Below are positions 10,845 through 19,884 of a stretch of 64,000 nt of DNA, one piece after another; the first letter of the stretch is position 1, and every line of letters starts with the position of its first letter. The translations under genes were made by a program, and so were the position numbers. The notes beneath the pieces are model-generated. The model made no database searches and was not told the DNA's origin. It saw only the letters and a list, made by a program, of their open reading frames with translations. Source of the DNA: Candidatus Chisholmbacteria bacterium (GTDB taxonomy: Bacteria > Patescibacteriota > Microgenomatia > UBA1400 > Chisholmbacteraceae); NCBI GenBank assembly GCA_963704905.1, contig CAVPHZ010000001.1, forward strand, positions 323,438 through 387,437, in the 5' to 3' direction.

Positions 10845-12629
10845 TTATTTGACTCTATACTGCTCAAGTATTTGATTTACACCTTGAGAGGCTGTTTTAA
10901 GCGCAGACTCTGGATTTCCTCCAGAGTTTACACTGTTGACAGCATCTTCGAAGTATTTAATTATTCTGTCATTGATCCCATTATCGTGTGTGCTTGAACT
11001 CAGATACCAACTTTTTGCCGTTGGTGCCTGTGAGATATACGCCCCGACTAGCGGATCATCTTTGAGCAACTCGCTCATGTCGGTTCGGCTATATGGTTCA
11101 CCGATTGCTCTTTCGTTTGATGCCGCTTGGTACAACTTTTCAAGCGTTTCTTTTGATGAGAGGAATTTTAAAAATTTCCAGGCCTCAGGCTTATATTCAC
11201 TGCTGCTTGAAACACCTTCCACCCAGTACGATGCCCAAGTGACGTTTGAATTTGGAAGAAGTGGAACTGGTAAGACTCCAAATTCAAGCTGAGAGTTGAG
11301 TGCTTGAATTTCGAGAATGCGCCAGGAGGGTGCGAACATCATTGCAAGCTTTCCTGAAGCGAATGCCTGGGTTGAGTTTGGAAAGGTTGCATCCCAAACC
11401 TTGTCTGATCGAAAAAAGAGCGTATAGAACAAGAGCGCGTCAGCAGCCAGTTTATCGGTTGGATCATTTAGGTCAGCTCCATTTTGATACATCATGAGAG
11501 CCAGAATATCTGGCCAATGATCAATGTTGCCGGTGGTTCCAAGAGCAGCTCCTGCAGTTTGTATGCGACCACTTTGATCTCTCACTGTCAAATCGAAAGC
11601 TGTTTTTCTGAGTTCCTCCCAATTGGTTGGAGGAGATTTCCCAGCAGCTTGGAATATTTTCTTATTGTAGAGAAGTGCAAGTCCATCAACCTCCAATGGT
11701 ATGCCGACAAATGTGCCTCCGGAACGTAAATCATTGGCTGCAACTGGGTAGAAGGTGTCTTGAAAATCACCTGCACTGTAGACATCAGCAGGTACTTTAT
11801 CGAGTTCATCGCGAAACATCGGTACCCATGTATTATGAAATCGGAAGATGTCTGGTCCTTCACTACGGGCAATAGCTGATTGAAGTCTTTCTCTATATTC
11901 TTTGTGACTCTGTTGAGCATATTCTATTTTTATACCGGGATTTTGATCATGAAATTCATTAATGATCTCTTGCATTACCGATGACGGTTCCCATAATCCC
12001 CAATAGGTCAGTGTTACTTCTTTTCCTGGGAATCCAGGAAGACGTAATGATTGTAATCTGGGAAGCAATAAATTAAAGACAAGGAAAGCACCAGCAACTA
12101 ATGCAAGAATGAGTGCGATGATAAAGAATATCTTTTTCGTTCCCTTTCCCTTGTCTGGTTCTTTAACTTCTGGGTTTTCGGCCATTGGTGGCGGTGGTGC
12201 TTGAGTGGGTGGTGGAGGTGGGGGTGCTATTGGTTGTTCGAGGGAAAGGGCTTGCGGAGTTGGTGGTGGAGGTGTTGGAGGTGAAGAAGACTCCATTGGC
12301 GTGGATATTACTGGATCTTCGGAAGGCATCGGTGATTCTGTGGTTGATTGAGTTGTTACATTACCCTGAGCATCTTGAGAGGGTGTATTTATATTTTGCG
12401 GCTGCGCTTCTGTGAGTGGAAGAGAAGATTCTTGTTCTTGACTTAAAGAGTCACCCTCTGAAGCAGCAGGAGGCTGACTTAGTGTGGGTTCGGTTAAGCT
12501 TGGTTGGCCAAGTGGTTTTGGTTGCTGATTGTCTCCATCGTCCATAGCTAACACATCATAGCATCGAACTTTGTCCCCTTTCAAGCGTGGTATAGTTAGG
12601 GCTATGCGGTGGCTATCTTCCCTTGTCAA
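10845..12629 (-). CDS. ABC transporter substrate-binding protein (family 1, sugar-type) with Pro-rich N-terminal extension and TM anchor
   Basis: The C-terminal 400 aa resemble extracellular solute-binding proteins (YWGLWEP...DIFRFHNTW...). They are preceded by a TM helix and a 170-aa low-complexity Pro/Ser/Gln region (PPTPPPPTPQ..PPPPPPTQAPPPP). The true start is possibly the internal Met near 12545. Confidence 0.55.
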   Translation of the reverse strand: MTREDSHRIALTIPRLKGDKVRCYDVLAMDDGDNQQPKPLGQPSLTEPTLSQPPAASEGDSLSQEQESSLPLTEAQPQNINTPSQDAQGNVTTQSTTESPMPSEDPVISTPMESSSPPTPPPPTPQALSLEQPIAPPPPPPTQAPPPPMAENPEVKEPDKGKGTKKIFFIIALILALVAGAFLVFNLLLPRLQSLRLPGFPGKEVTLTYWGLWEPSSVMQEIINEFHDQNPGIKIEYAQQSHKEYRERLQSAIARSEGPDIFRFHNTWVPMFRDELDKVPADVYSAGDFQDTFYPVAANDLRSGGTFVGIPLEVDGLALLYNKKIFQAAGKSPPTNWEELRKTAFDLTVRDQSGRIQTAGAALGTTGNIDHWPDILALMMYQNGADLNDPTDKLAADALLFYTLFFRSDKVWDATFPNSTQAFASGKLAMMFAPSWRILEIQALNSQLEFGVLPVPLLPNSNVTWASYWVEGVSSSSEYKPEAWKFLKFLSSKETLEKLYQAASNERAIGEPYSRTDMSELLKDDPLVGAYISQAPTAKSWYLSSSTHDNGINDRIIKYFEDAVNSVNSGGNPESALKTASQGVNQILEQYRVK

Positions 12630-14433
12630 GTCAGTCTCTCAATTCCTACTGCGCATACGAAGATCGAGAAGACTGCGACAATCTTTTTTCATTTTGGGAT
12701 TGGTCGGAGGAGGCATTCTTCTCGTCTTGATTAGTTTTGGAGTATATTATCGAAACCGTGTTTTTCCTGGTATCTCTGTTGGTGGTGTATCAGTTTCATC
12801 TCAACTTATTGAAGATCTCAAACCACTCCTTACTCGTAGTGCCGAAGAGATAATCTCTACCCCTATCACGCTATTTTATGATGGTGAGGAGTGGACAATT
12901 CACCCAAAAGATATTGATCTCGACTATGAGATTCGACTTGCAGAAACACAAGCTTCCACACTAGGGAGAAACAGTATAAGATCTGGAATACCTTTGTTGC
13001 TGAAGTCTTTAACTTCCGGAGTCTCTCTTCCAATGCCATATACTATTAATGTTGACGTGCTTGAGGCCAGCCTATCTGCAATTGCAACTGATTTTGATAT
13101 CCCAACCATTCCACCTTCTTTAGAGATCTTACAAACACCTGATGAAGACAATTCAAGAGTAGCTGTGCATGAAGGCGAGAAGGGACGACGTATTGATCTC
13201 GATTCTGCTAGAAAAATATTACTTCAACAATTTTCGATATTTTCATCCGAACCGATTATTCTCATGCTTGCTGATGAGCCTGATACGTTTAATCACTATG
13301 ACCCTGAGCTGACAAAACTACGTGCGGATCACCTTCTCGATAAGCGGATGGTTCTTTCTTATGATGACAATTCGACGCAGCAGAACTCAGAATGGGAACT
13401 CGCTGGTGAAAACCTGATTGAGTTTCTTGATTTTGATGGCACTTTTAACGAGGAGAAGATCGCGTCATATTCCTCGACACTTGCCCAGAGTATCGATCGT
13501 GATCCTCAAGACGCTACATTTTTATATAAAGACGGACGAGTAACAGAGTTTGCTCCAGCAAAAGATGGATTGAAGCTTGATATTGAGAAAACCACACAAG
13601 AATTGGTGACGGCATTCGCTCAACTTGAACACTCAAGCGAAGAATACTATTCGGTTGCACTACAACCTCAAACTCAACCGCCAGAAATTACTATTGAGGA
13701 TGTCAACTCTCTTGGTATCAAGGAACTCCTTGGCCGTGGTGAGTCGACCTTCCATGGGTCGATCATTAATCGTGAGCATAATATTGCTCTCTCTTCTTCG
13801 CGTATGTCCGGTGTGCTTGTCCCCCCAGAAGAAATCTTTTCGTATAACGCATCGGTTGGTGACATTTCAGGAGCTACCGGTTACCGTCAAAGCTACATAA
13901 TTAAAGATGGACGAACTGTCCTCGATGATGGTGGAGGTGTATGTCAGTCTTCAACAACGCTCTTTCGAGCTGCATTGGATGCTGGACTCCCTATTGTTCA
14001 GCGTCATCCCCATAGTTACCGAGTTACTTATTATGAGCAAAATAGCAAACCTGGATTTGATGCGACTGTGTTTGCACCATCAGTTGACTTGAAGTTTAAA
14101 AATGATACACCAAGACACATTCTTGTTCAAACAGCAGCAGATCTGGTAGCAAATACCCTTGTTGTTGAAATTTACGGCACTAAAGATGGTCGTGAGTCTA
14201 CCATTGCAAATCATCGCATTTGGGATGTAACTCCCCCGCCACCTGATCTCTACGAAGATGACCCGACTCTTTCCTCAGGACAATTCAAGCAAGTTGACTG
14301 GAAAGCATGGGGAGCAAAGGTAAAATTTGATTACTCTGTTACCCGAAATGGTGAGACTCTATTTGAAAAAACGTTTTACAGCAATTATCAACCCTGGCAA
14401 AGTGTGTTTTTGAGGGGAACAGGCCCCATATAG
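12571..14433 (+). CDS. VanW-domain protein with N-terminal TM anchor
   Basis: GYRQSYIIKDGRTVLDDGGGVCQSSTTLFRAALDAGLPIVQRHPHSY is the VanW signature. N-terminal TM. The start may be the Met at 12604. Confidence 0.65.
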   Translation: MSPFKRGIVRAMRWLSSLVKSVSQFLLRIRRSRRLRQSFFILGLVGGGILLVLISFGVYYRNRVFPGISVGGVSVSSQLIEDLKPLLTRSAEEIISTPITLFYDGEEWTIHPKDIDLDYEIRLAETQASTLGRNSIRSGIPLLLKSLTSGVSLPMPYTINVDVLEASLSAIATDFDIPTIPPSLEILQTPDEDNSRVAVHEGEKGRRIDLDSARKILLQQFSIFSSEPIILMLADEPDTFNHYDPELTKLRADHLLDKRMVLSYDDNSTQQNSEWELAGENLIEFLDFDGTFNEEKIASYSSTLAQSIDRDPQDATFLYKDGRVTEFAPAKDGLKLDIEKTTQELVTAFAQLEHSSEEYYSVALQPQTQPPEITIEDVNSLGIKELLGRGESTFHGSIINREHNIALSSSRMSGVLVPPEEIFSYNASVGDISGATGYRQSYIIKDGRTVLDDGGGVCQSSTTLFRAALDAGLPIVQRHPHSYRVTYYEQNSKPGFDATVFAPSVDLKFKNDTPRHILVQTAADLVANTLVVEIYGTKDGRESTIANHRIWDVTPPPPDLYEDDPTLSSGQFKQVDWKAWGAKVKFDYSVTRNGETLFEKTFYSNYQPWQSVFLRGTGPI

Positions 14434-14469
14434 ACTTCATGATGTTTTACTGAGTGATACAATCTGGCA

Positions 14470-15480
14470 ATGAAGATACTTGGTATTGAAACTAGCTGCG
14501 ACGAGACAGCGATGGCTGTGGTCGAAGATGGCCAAGTCATTCTATCTAATGTTGTTGCATCTTCATCTGAAATGCATACAAAATATGGTGGTATCGTTCC
14601 GGAAGTTGCAGCGCGTAGGCAAATAGAGGTATTGATACCTGTGCTCGTTGAAGCTCTTCAAAATATTCCATTAAATGAGATTGATGCAATTGCTGTTACC
14701 GTTGGACCTGGTCTGGTTGGGAGTTTACTAGTTGGCATTGAAACAGCAAAGACTCTGGCATTTGCGTGGAATAAACCAATCGTTCCAGTCAATCATCTTA
14801 TTGGTCATTTGCATGCGACATGGTTAAACACCACAACTACACCTGAGTTTCCAATGCTGGGAATGGTTGTTAGTGGAGGACATACAGATTTGGTGTTGAT
14901 GCAAGACCATGGAAAGCTTAAATATCTCGGAAGCACGAGAGACGACGCAGCGGGAGAGGCTTTTGATAAGATTGCGAGGATGCTCGGATTAGGATACCCA
15001 GGAGGACCTGAAATTGCAGCTGAAGCTGCAAACTATTCAATAACCAAATCTAAAATAGCAATTAGATTGCCACGTCCTATGATAAATAGTGGTGATTATG
15101 ACTTTTCATTCAGTGGACTGAAGACGGCAGTTGTTAATGTTCTTCGAGAACATAAACTTACGTCAGCACTACGACAAATTATAGCTTACGAAACACAGGA
15201 AACAATTTGTGAAGTGTTAGTTTCCAAAGTAAGTAAAGCTGCTGAGGAATACAGACCTCATTCTATAGTCGTCGCTGGTGGAGTAGCAGCGAATACTAGA
15301 CTTCGGGAACTTATGACAGCAGATGTCAAGAATCTAGAATTAGGAATACAATTATTTATTCCAGCACCCGATCTCTGCACTGATAATGCAACATACATTG
15401 CTGGAGCTGCTTTTTTTAACTACTCGCCTTTACCCTGGAGCCAGATTCATGTTGATCCCGGACTTGAGATTGTCATGTAG
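14470..15480 (+). CDS. tsaD: tRNA N6-adenosine threonylcarbamoyltransferase
   Basis: MKILGIETSCDETAMAVV, HLIGHLHA and VSGGH motifs of Kae1/TsaD. Confidence 0.9.
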   Translation: MKILGIETSCDETAMAVVEDGQVILSNVVASSSEMHTKYGGIVPEVAARRQIEVLIPVLVEALQNIPLNEIDAIAVTVGPGLVGSLLVGIETAKTLAFAWNKPIVPVNHLIGHLHATWLNTTTTPEFPMLGMVVSGGHTDLVLMQDHGKLKYLGSTRDDAAGEAFDKIARMLGLGYPGGPEIAAEAANYSITKSKIAIRLPRPMINSGDYDFSFSGLKTAVVNVLREHKLTSALRQIIAYETQETICEVLVSKVSKAAEEYRPHSIVVAGGVAANTRLRELMTADVKNLELGIQLFIPAPDLCTDNATYIAGAAFFNYSPLPWSQIHVDPGLEIVM

Positions 15481-15499
15481 ATTGCGAATTCTGATAGGT

Positions 15500-15733
15500 T
15501 TTTGTACAATACTTGAGAATTAATAAAATGCGTTTAAGATAGGTTCGTCACCTGTCGATGTCTTAATAGTAGGCGCGCTGGAAAAAGAACGGTCGCATAA
15601 TGATTTCGGCTTAGTAGAATTTCCCGGGGAAGCCCGTGATAGCTGGAAGTAGCTCTCTGGGTAATTACGACAGAGAGAAAGAAAGGTGGTACCGTGGTCT
15701 TCGATCACCCTTGAGAGAAACCTCGGTTTTTTT
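15500..15733 (+). promoter_or_regulatory. putative T-box riboswitch leader upstream of the tRNA synthetase gene
   Basis: AGAAAGGTGGTACCGTGG at about 15676-15698 matches the conserved T-box antiterminator sequence (AANNNGGGTGGNACCGCG). It is followed by a GC-rich segment and a T7 run (CCTCGGTTTTTTT, 15721-15733) immediately before the valS ATG. Confidence 0.5.
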
Positions 15734-18019
15734 ATGGAAAAACAATATAAACATAACGATCATGAAGAACGAGTTTATTCTTTGTGGGAAAAAGGTGGAG
15801 CATTCCAACCAATTTCATCTTTGAAAGCAAAGCCTTTTTGTATCATCATGCCACCTCCTAATGCGAACGACCCCCTTCATGTTGGACACGCTATGTTTGT
15901 TACTCTTGAAGATATACTGATTCGTTATCATAGAATGCTTGGAGATGCCACGCTCTGGTTACCAGGATCCGATCATGCTGGTATTGAGACTCAGTTTGTT
16001 TTTGAAAAAAAACTTAAAAAACAAAGAAAGAGTCGGTTCGACTTTGATCGAGAAACACTTTATAAAAACATTTGGGATTATGTTCAAGACAATTCAGACG
16101 TTGCGGTTACACAACTTAAAAAAATTGGGGCTAGTGCCGACTGGAGTCGATTCAAGTTCATGCTTGATACAGAGATGGTACGCATAGTGATTGAGACATT
16201 TAAGGAACTAGCTGATCAGAACTTAGTTTACCGTGATCTCCGTTTGGTTAATTACTGCACACACTGTGGTACTGCTTTTTCGGAGCTGGAAGTGAAACAC
16301 ATTGAAAAAACTACTCCTCTTTACTACATGAAGTACGGACCGTTTTCGCTGGCGACCGTTCGACCTGAAACAAAATTTGGAGACACGGCTGTGGCAGTCA
16401 ATCCCAATGATAAAAGATATAAAAAGTGGATTGGAAAGGAAATCGAAGTAAAGGGTTTAGTAGGTAATTTTACAATGAAGGTTGTTGCTGATGATTTTGT
16501 TGACCCTACATTTGGGACCGGCGTGGTAAAAGTTACTCCAGCACATGACCCAAATGACTTTGAAATTTGGCAGAGACATAAAGATGAAATATCTGGCCCG
16601 AAACAAGTTGTTGAATTTGATGGAAAGCTTAACGAATTCGCAGGTAAATATGCTGGTCTCTATGTCGCAAAAGCGCGGCAGGTAGTCGCTGAGGACTTAG
16701 AATCAGCCGGACTCATGGAACGAGTTGATACTACCTACATGCATATGATTGGAGTGTGTTATCGCTGCGGAAACGAAATTGAACCGTTACCACTTCCACA
16801 GTTTTTCATCAAAGTAAAATCTCTGGCCAATAAAGCTTTAGAGGTGCTAGAAAATGAAAAAGTTATCGTGCATGGTGCCGGTCATGATAAAGTTTTGAAA
16901 CATTGGTTAGAGAACTTGAAGGACTGGAATATCAGCCGACAGATTATTTGGGGTATTCGAATACCAGTCTGGTATTCTGTAGAAAAGAATCCAGACATCT
17001 CGGTTGTATTCCTCGATAAGGCTGGAAAGAAATACAGCGGTGTTCTGAAAGACTTCATTAAGAAATATTCTCTCAGCGAAATTCGTAAGGGCTTGCAATC
17101 ACTACGAGCTCCATTACATGCTGAGTATGTCATTTCTCCAGGTTCCCCTGGTATGGACTTCATTCAAGAGACTGATACTTTTGATACTTGGTTTTCCTCC
17201 GCTCAGTTTCCCTTTACCAGTCTTATGACAGCAAAGAAAGGTGATTTTAAGCGGTTTTATCCAACCTCGGTTATGGAAACTGGGTACGATATACTCCCCT
17301 TTTGGGTTATGCGTATGCTCATGATAGGACTCTATAAAACGGGAGAAGTGCCGTTTAGAGATGTCTATCTTCATGGATTGATTCGAGATGAAAAAGGTCA
17401 AAAAATGAGTAAAAGTAAAGGAAACGTTATCAACCCACTCGATGTTGTCGAGCACTATGGTGCTGATGCATTGAGAATGGCATTGGTTATCCGATCAACA
17501 CCTGGGCAAGATAAAAATGTTGGTGAGCAAGATTTTCGAGCGATGAGAAATTTTACCAATAAAATCTGGAATGCGGCTCGATTTATTATTCTTAATTTCG
17601 AAAACTCGAAGCAACACCAAGTTTCTTCATCAGGACTTGAAGTTAACGACAGCGTTTTTCAAAAAAAACTCAATTCCATCAGTGAACAGATAACTCGACA
17701 AATATCAGAATTTCGCATCGGATTAGCTGCCGAAACTGTTTATAATGAATTTTGGCATTGGTTTTGTGATGAGTGTATAGAGAAAAACAAACACAAAGAA
17801 ATTAGTGATCCTGCGCTTCTTGATGGATTAGTTGTCTTTTTAAAATTACTCCATCCATTTGTCCCGTTTGTCACTGAAGCTGTATATATGGAGCTCAGAC
17901 AACAGTTCACTGATACTAAACGACCTACAATACTTTCATCAAAACAGCTTATCTCGGCACCTTGGCCTCTTAAAATAAGCTCAGAGAAAATAGATACATC
18001 TACTAGTTCTTTAAGTTAA
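15734..18019 (+). CDS. valS: class I aminoacyl-tRNA synthetase, most likely valyl-tRNA synthetase (short form)
   Basis: HIGH-type motif PPPNANDPLHVGHA. Editing-domain signature TVRPETKFGDTAVAVNPNDKRYKKWIGK, typical of ValRS CP1. KMSKSKGNVINPLDV. Start set to the internal Met MEKQYKHND (15734), since the 16 codons upstream fall within the T-box terminator. Confidence 0.65.
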   Translation: MEKQYKHNDHEERVYSLWEKGGAFQPISSLKAKPFCIIMPPPNANDPLHVGHAMFVTLEDILIRYHRMLGDATLWLPGSDHAGIETQFVFEKKLKKQRKSRFDFDRETLYKNIWDYVQDNSDVAVTQLKKIGASADWSRFKFMLDTEMVRIVIETFKELADQNLVYRDLRLVNYCTHCGTAFSELEVKHIEKTTPLYYMKYGPFSLATVRPETKFGDTAVAVNPNDKRYKKWIGKEIEVKGLVGNFTMKVVADDFVDPTFGTGVVKVTPAHDPNDFEIWQRHKDEISGPKQVVEFDGKLNEFAGKYAGLYVAKARQVVAEDLESAGLMERVDTTYMHMIGVCYRCGNEIEPLPLPQFFIKVKSLANKALEVLENEKVIVHGAGHDKVLKHWLENLKDWNISRQIIWGIRIPVWYSVEKNPDISVVFLDKAGKKYSGVLKDFIKKYSLSEIRKGLQSLRAPLHAEYVISPGSPGMDFIQETDTFDTWFSSAQFPFTSLMTAKKGDFKRFYPTSVMETGYDILPFWVMRMLMIGLYKTGEVPFRDVYLHGLIRDEKGQKMSKSKGNVINPLDVVEHYGADALRMALVIRSTPGQDKNVGEQDFRAMRNFTNKIWNAARFIILNFENSKQHQVSSSGLEVNDSVFQKKLNSISEQITRQISEFRIGLAAETVYNEFWHWFCDECIEKNKHKEISDPALLDGLVVFLKLLHPFVPFVTEAVYMELRQQFTDTKRPTILSSKQLISAPWPLKISSEKIDTSTSSLS

Positions 18020-18055
18020 TGATCTGACTTACACACCTACGATAAATGACGATAT

Positions 18056-18520
18056 TTAAAACTTGGGAGATAAATTGTCGCAGAGACCATCTTGGATAAC
18101 GTACCAGTCAACTTCTAGATTGGCGCAGGCCTTGCAGGTAGTACAGTAAGACTTCCCATCTGATCCACAGATAAATGGTGGATTTGCTAGACACTCTTCT
18201 GTACAAAAATCTGGACGCACAGATGAGCAATATTGCTGGTTATTATTAATCTTATCAGCCGAATTTAGTACCGCGCTTGGTGATGACTGTGTGTTTTGAA
18301 TTTCTTCTAACGATGAATGTGTACTTTCCTGTGAAGATACTAATGGGAATGTTGGTTGCTTCTGATTTTGATTACGTACTTCTGTTTGTTTCTGCAGTCC
18401 TTGTATTTGATCTCCAGTGTCTATTTTATCGCTCCAAAGAGATTTAAATTGAAGAAAGACAAGGATTATCACTGATCCTACAAGGATAAGTAAATCGGAT
18501 TTAGCTAGACCGTTTAACAT
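18056..18520 (-). CDS. secreted/membrane-anchored protein with C-terminal Kazal-like Cys-rich domain
   Basis: N-terminal TM/signal. C-terminal CTEECLANPPFICGSDGKSYCTTCKACAN fits the Kazal serine-protease-inhibitor pattern (CGSDGKTY...C..C). Confidence 0.5.
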   Translation of the reverse strand: MLNGLAKSDLLILVGSVIILVFLQFKSLWSDKIDTGDQIQGLQKQTEVRNQNQKQPTFPLVSSQESTHSSLEEIQNTQSSPSAVLNSADKINNNQQYCSSVRPDFCTEECLANPPFICGSDGKSYCTTCKACANLEVDWYVIQDGLCDNLSPKF

Positions 18521-18581
18521 GTTGTTTCTTTAGATCATTTTCTTCTTGATCCTGTTTAACTTAACGGTATCATAGGAGGAT

Positions 18582-19136
18582 ATGAATTTAAAGCTCTTTG
18601 CGAGTAAAAAGATGTCTCGTCGATTCTCTTTTCAGGTTGTTATCGGTATCTTGCTGGTTGGACTCATTATATTTCAAATAAGTTTTTTTTCCGAATCTCC
18701 TTTTGATCATTTAAAATTTACTGCGTTGCAAGACTTCAACAATCCTCAACAGCATCTGAGGCTGGCTCAATATGCTGCTGGTAGAAGTGATTGGAAATTA
18801 GCGCAGCAAATGTTGGAAAAAGCTACTTCCCTACTAATTGCTGATAATCAAAAACGAGTTGCTGGAATTGACTCTGATTTTGAACAAATAACCAGAGAGA
18901 TTTTTCCTGAAAGCGTCATCCAGAGTAAAATTGATTACTGGGAAGAGATTGTTGAACAGTATCCAACTTACCGAGATGGGTATCTTCGACTCGCACTATT
19001 GAATCTGCGGCTCAATAAAAATGAAATTGCACAGCGACACTTTTATTCGGCGTATACTATTGATCCAAATAACGGAGCAGTTGCAGCAGTGGGAAGATTG
19101 TTTCAAGGTCTTACAACTGGTGGTGAGAAGAACTAA
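18582..19136 (+). CDS. membrane-anchored TPR-like repeat protein, hypothetical
   Basis: N-terminal TM, then helical repeats (AQYAAGRSDWKLAQQMLEKA...YSAYTIDPNNG). Confidence 0.35.
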   Translation: MNLKLFASKKMSRRFSFQVVIGILLVGLIIFQISFFSESPFDHLKFTALQDFNNPQQHLRLAQYAAGRSDWKLAQQMLEKATSLLIADNQKRVAGIDSDFEQITREIFPESVIQSKIDYWEEIVEQYPTYRDGYLRLALLNLRLNKNEIAQRHFYSAYTIDPNNGAVAAVGRLFQGLTTGGEKN

Positions 19137-19843
19137 TTTTCTTTATTCTTGTCTTGCTTTTTTGTTTGTTCGTCTTCTTTCTTTTCGTCAGAAGTTTCGA
19201 CTGGCTGTTTTTGATCATCTCCATCCTGTGCATCAGCTTCTTCGGTTTCCTCGGTTGGAGCAAGGGTTTCTTCCTCTTCCTTTTTTGGCTCTTGAACAAC
19301 AACTATAGCCTCATCATCACCTACAAGTATACTCACTTTATTTTTATCTACTTTTAAATCTCCTACAACAACAGAGTCGTTGAAATCATGAAGATTGCTT
19401 ATATCCAATTTAAACTCGTCGGGAAGATCCTTGGGAAGCGCTTCAACCCTTATTTCATCAAGTAGTGTAATTAAGACTCCACCCTTTTCTTTCTCAGCTG
19501 GAGATTCTCCTTCTACGACAACAGGAATAGAAACGGTAACTTTCTGGGTTAAATCCACTTGGTGAAAATCAATATGAAGTGGAGCATCGGTTACAGGATC
19601 TTTCTGAACGTTCGTAATCAAAACTGGTCTAGAAACTTTATCTTTATCTACTTTCAGGTCGATGATGTTTGTCTCTCCTTCGCTGGCAAATACTTTTGCA
19701 AAATCACCTGTGTCTACTTTCACTGAAAGAGATTTGATCTTTTTCCCATAAATGTTTGCAGGCAAATGTCCTTGCTTTCTTAACGCTTTTACTTTTCTTC
19801 CCAAGACTTTCCGTTTTTGTGCTAGTAGAGAAACTGTTGCCAT
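19133..19843 (-). CDS. rplY: 50S ribosomal protein L25 / general stress protein Ctc
   Basis: N-terminus LLAQKRKVLGRKVKALRKQGHLPANIYGK is typical of L25/Ctc. Acidic/Lys-rich C-terminal tail. Confidence 0.85.
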   Translation of the reverse strand: MATVSLLAQKRKVLGRKVKALRKQGHLPANIYGKKIKSLSVKVDTGDFAKVFASEGETNIIDLKVDKDKVSRPVLITNVQKDPVTDAPLHIDFHQVDLTQKVTVSIPVVVEGESPAEKEKGGVLITLLDEIRVEALPKDLPDEFKLDISNLHDFNDSVVVGDLKVDKNKVSILVGDDEAIVVVQEPKKEEEETLAPTEETEEADAQDGDDQKQPVETSDEKKEDEQTKKQDKNKEN

Positions 19844-19884
19844 ATTTCTTTCGTCTTTTATTATTTTCAGAACTTATAAGGCAG

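Noticed and set aside
12571-12629. 59-bp overlap of the divergent starts of the SBP gene (minus) and VanW gene (plus)
   Set aside because: Probably an artefact of longest-ORF start calling. Internal Met codons at about 12545 and 12604 give a normal divergent arrangement.
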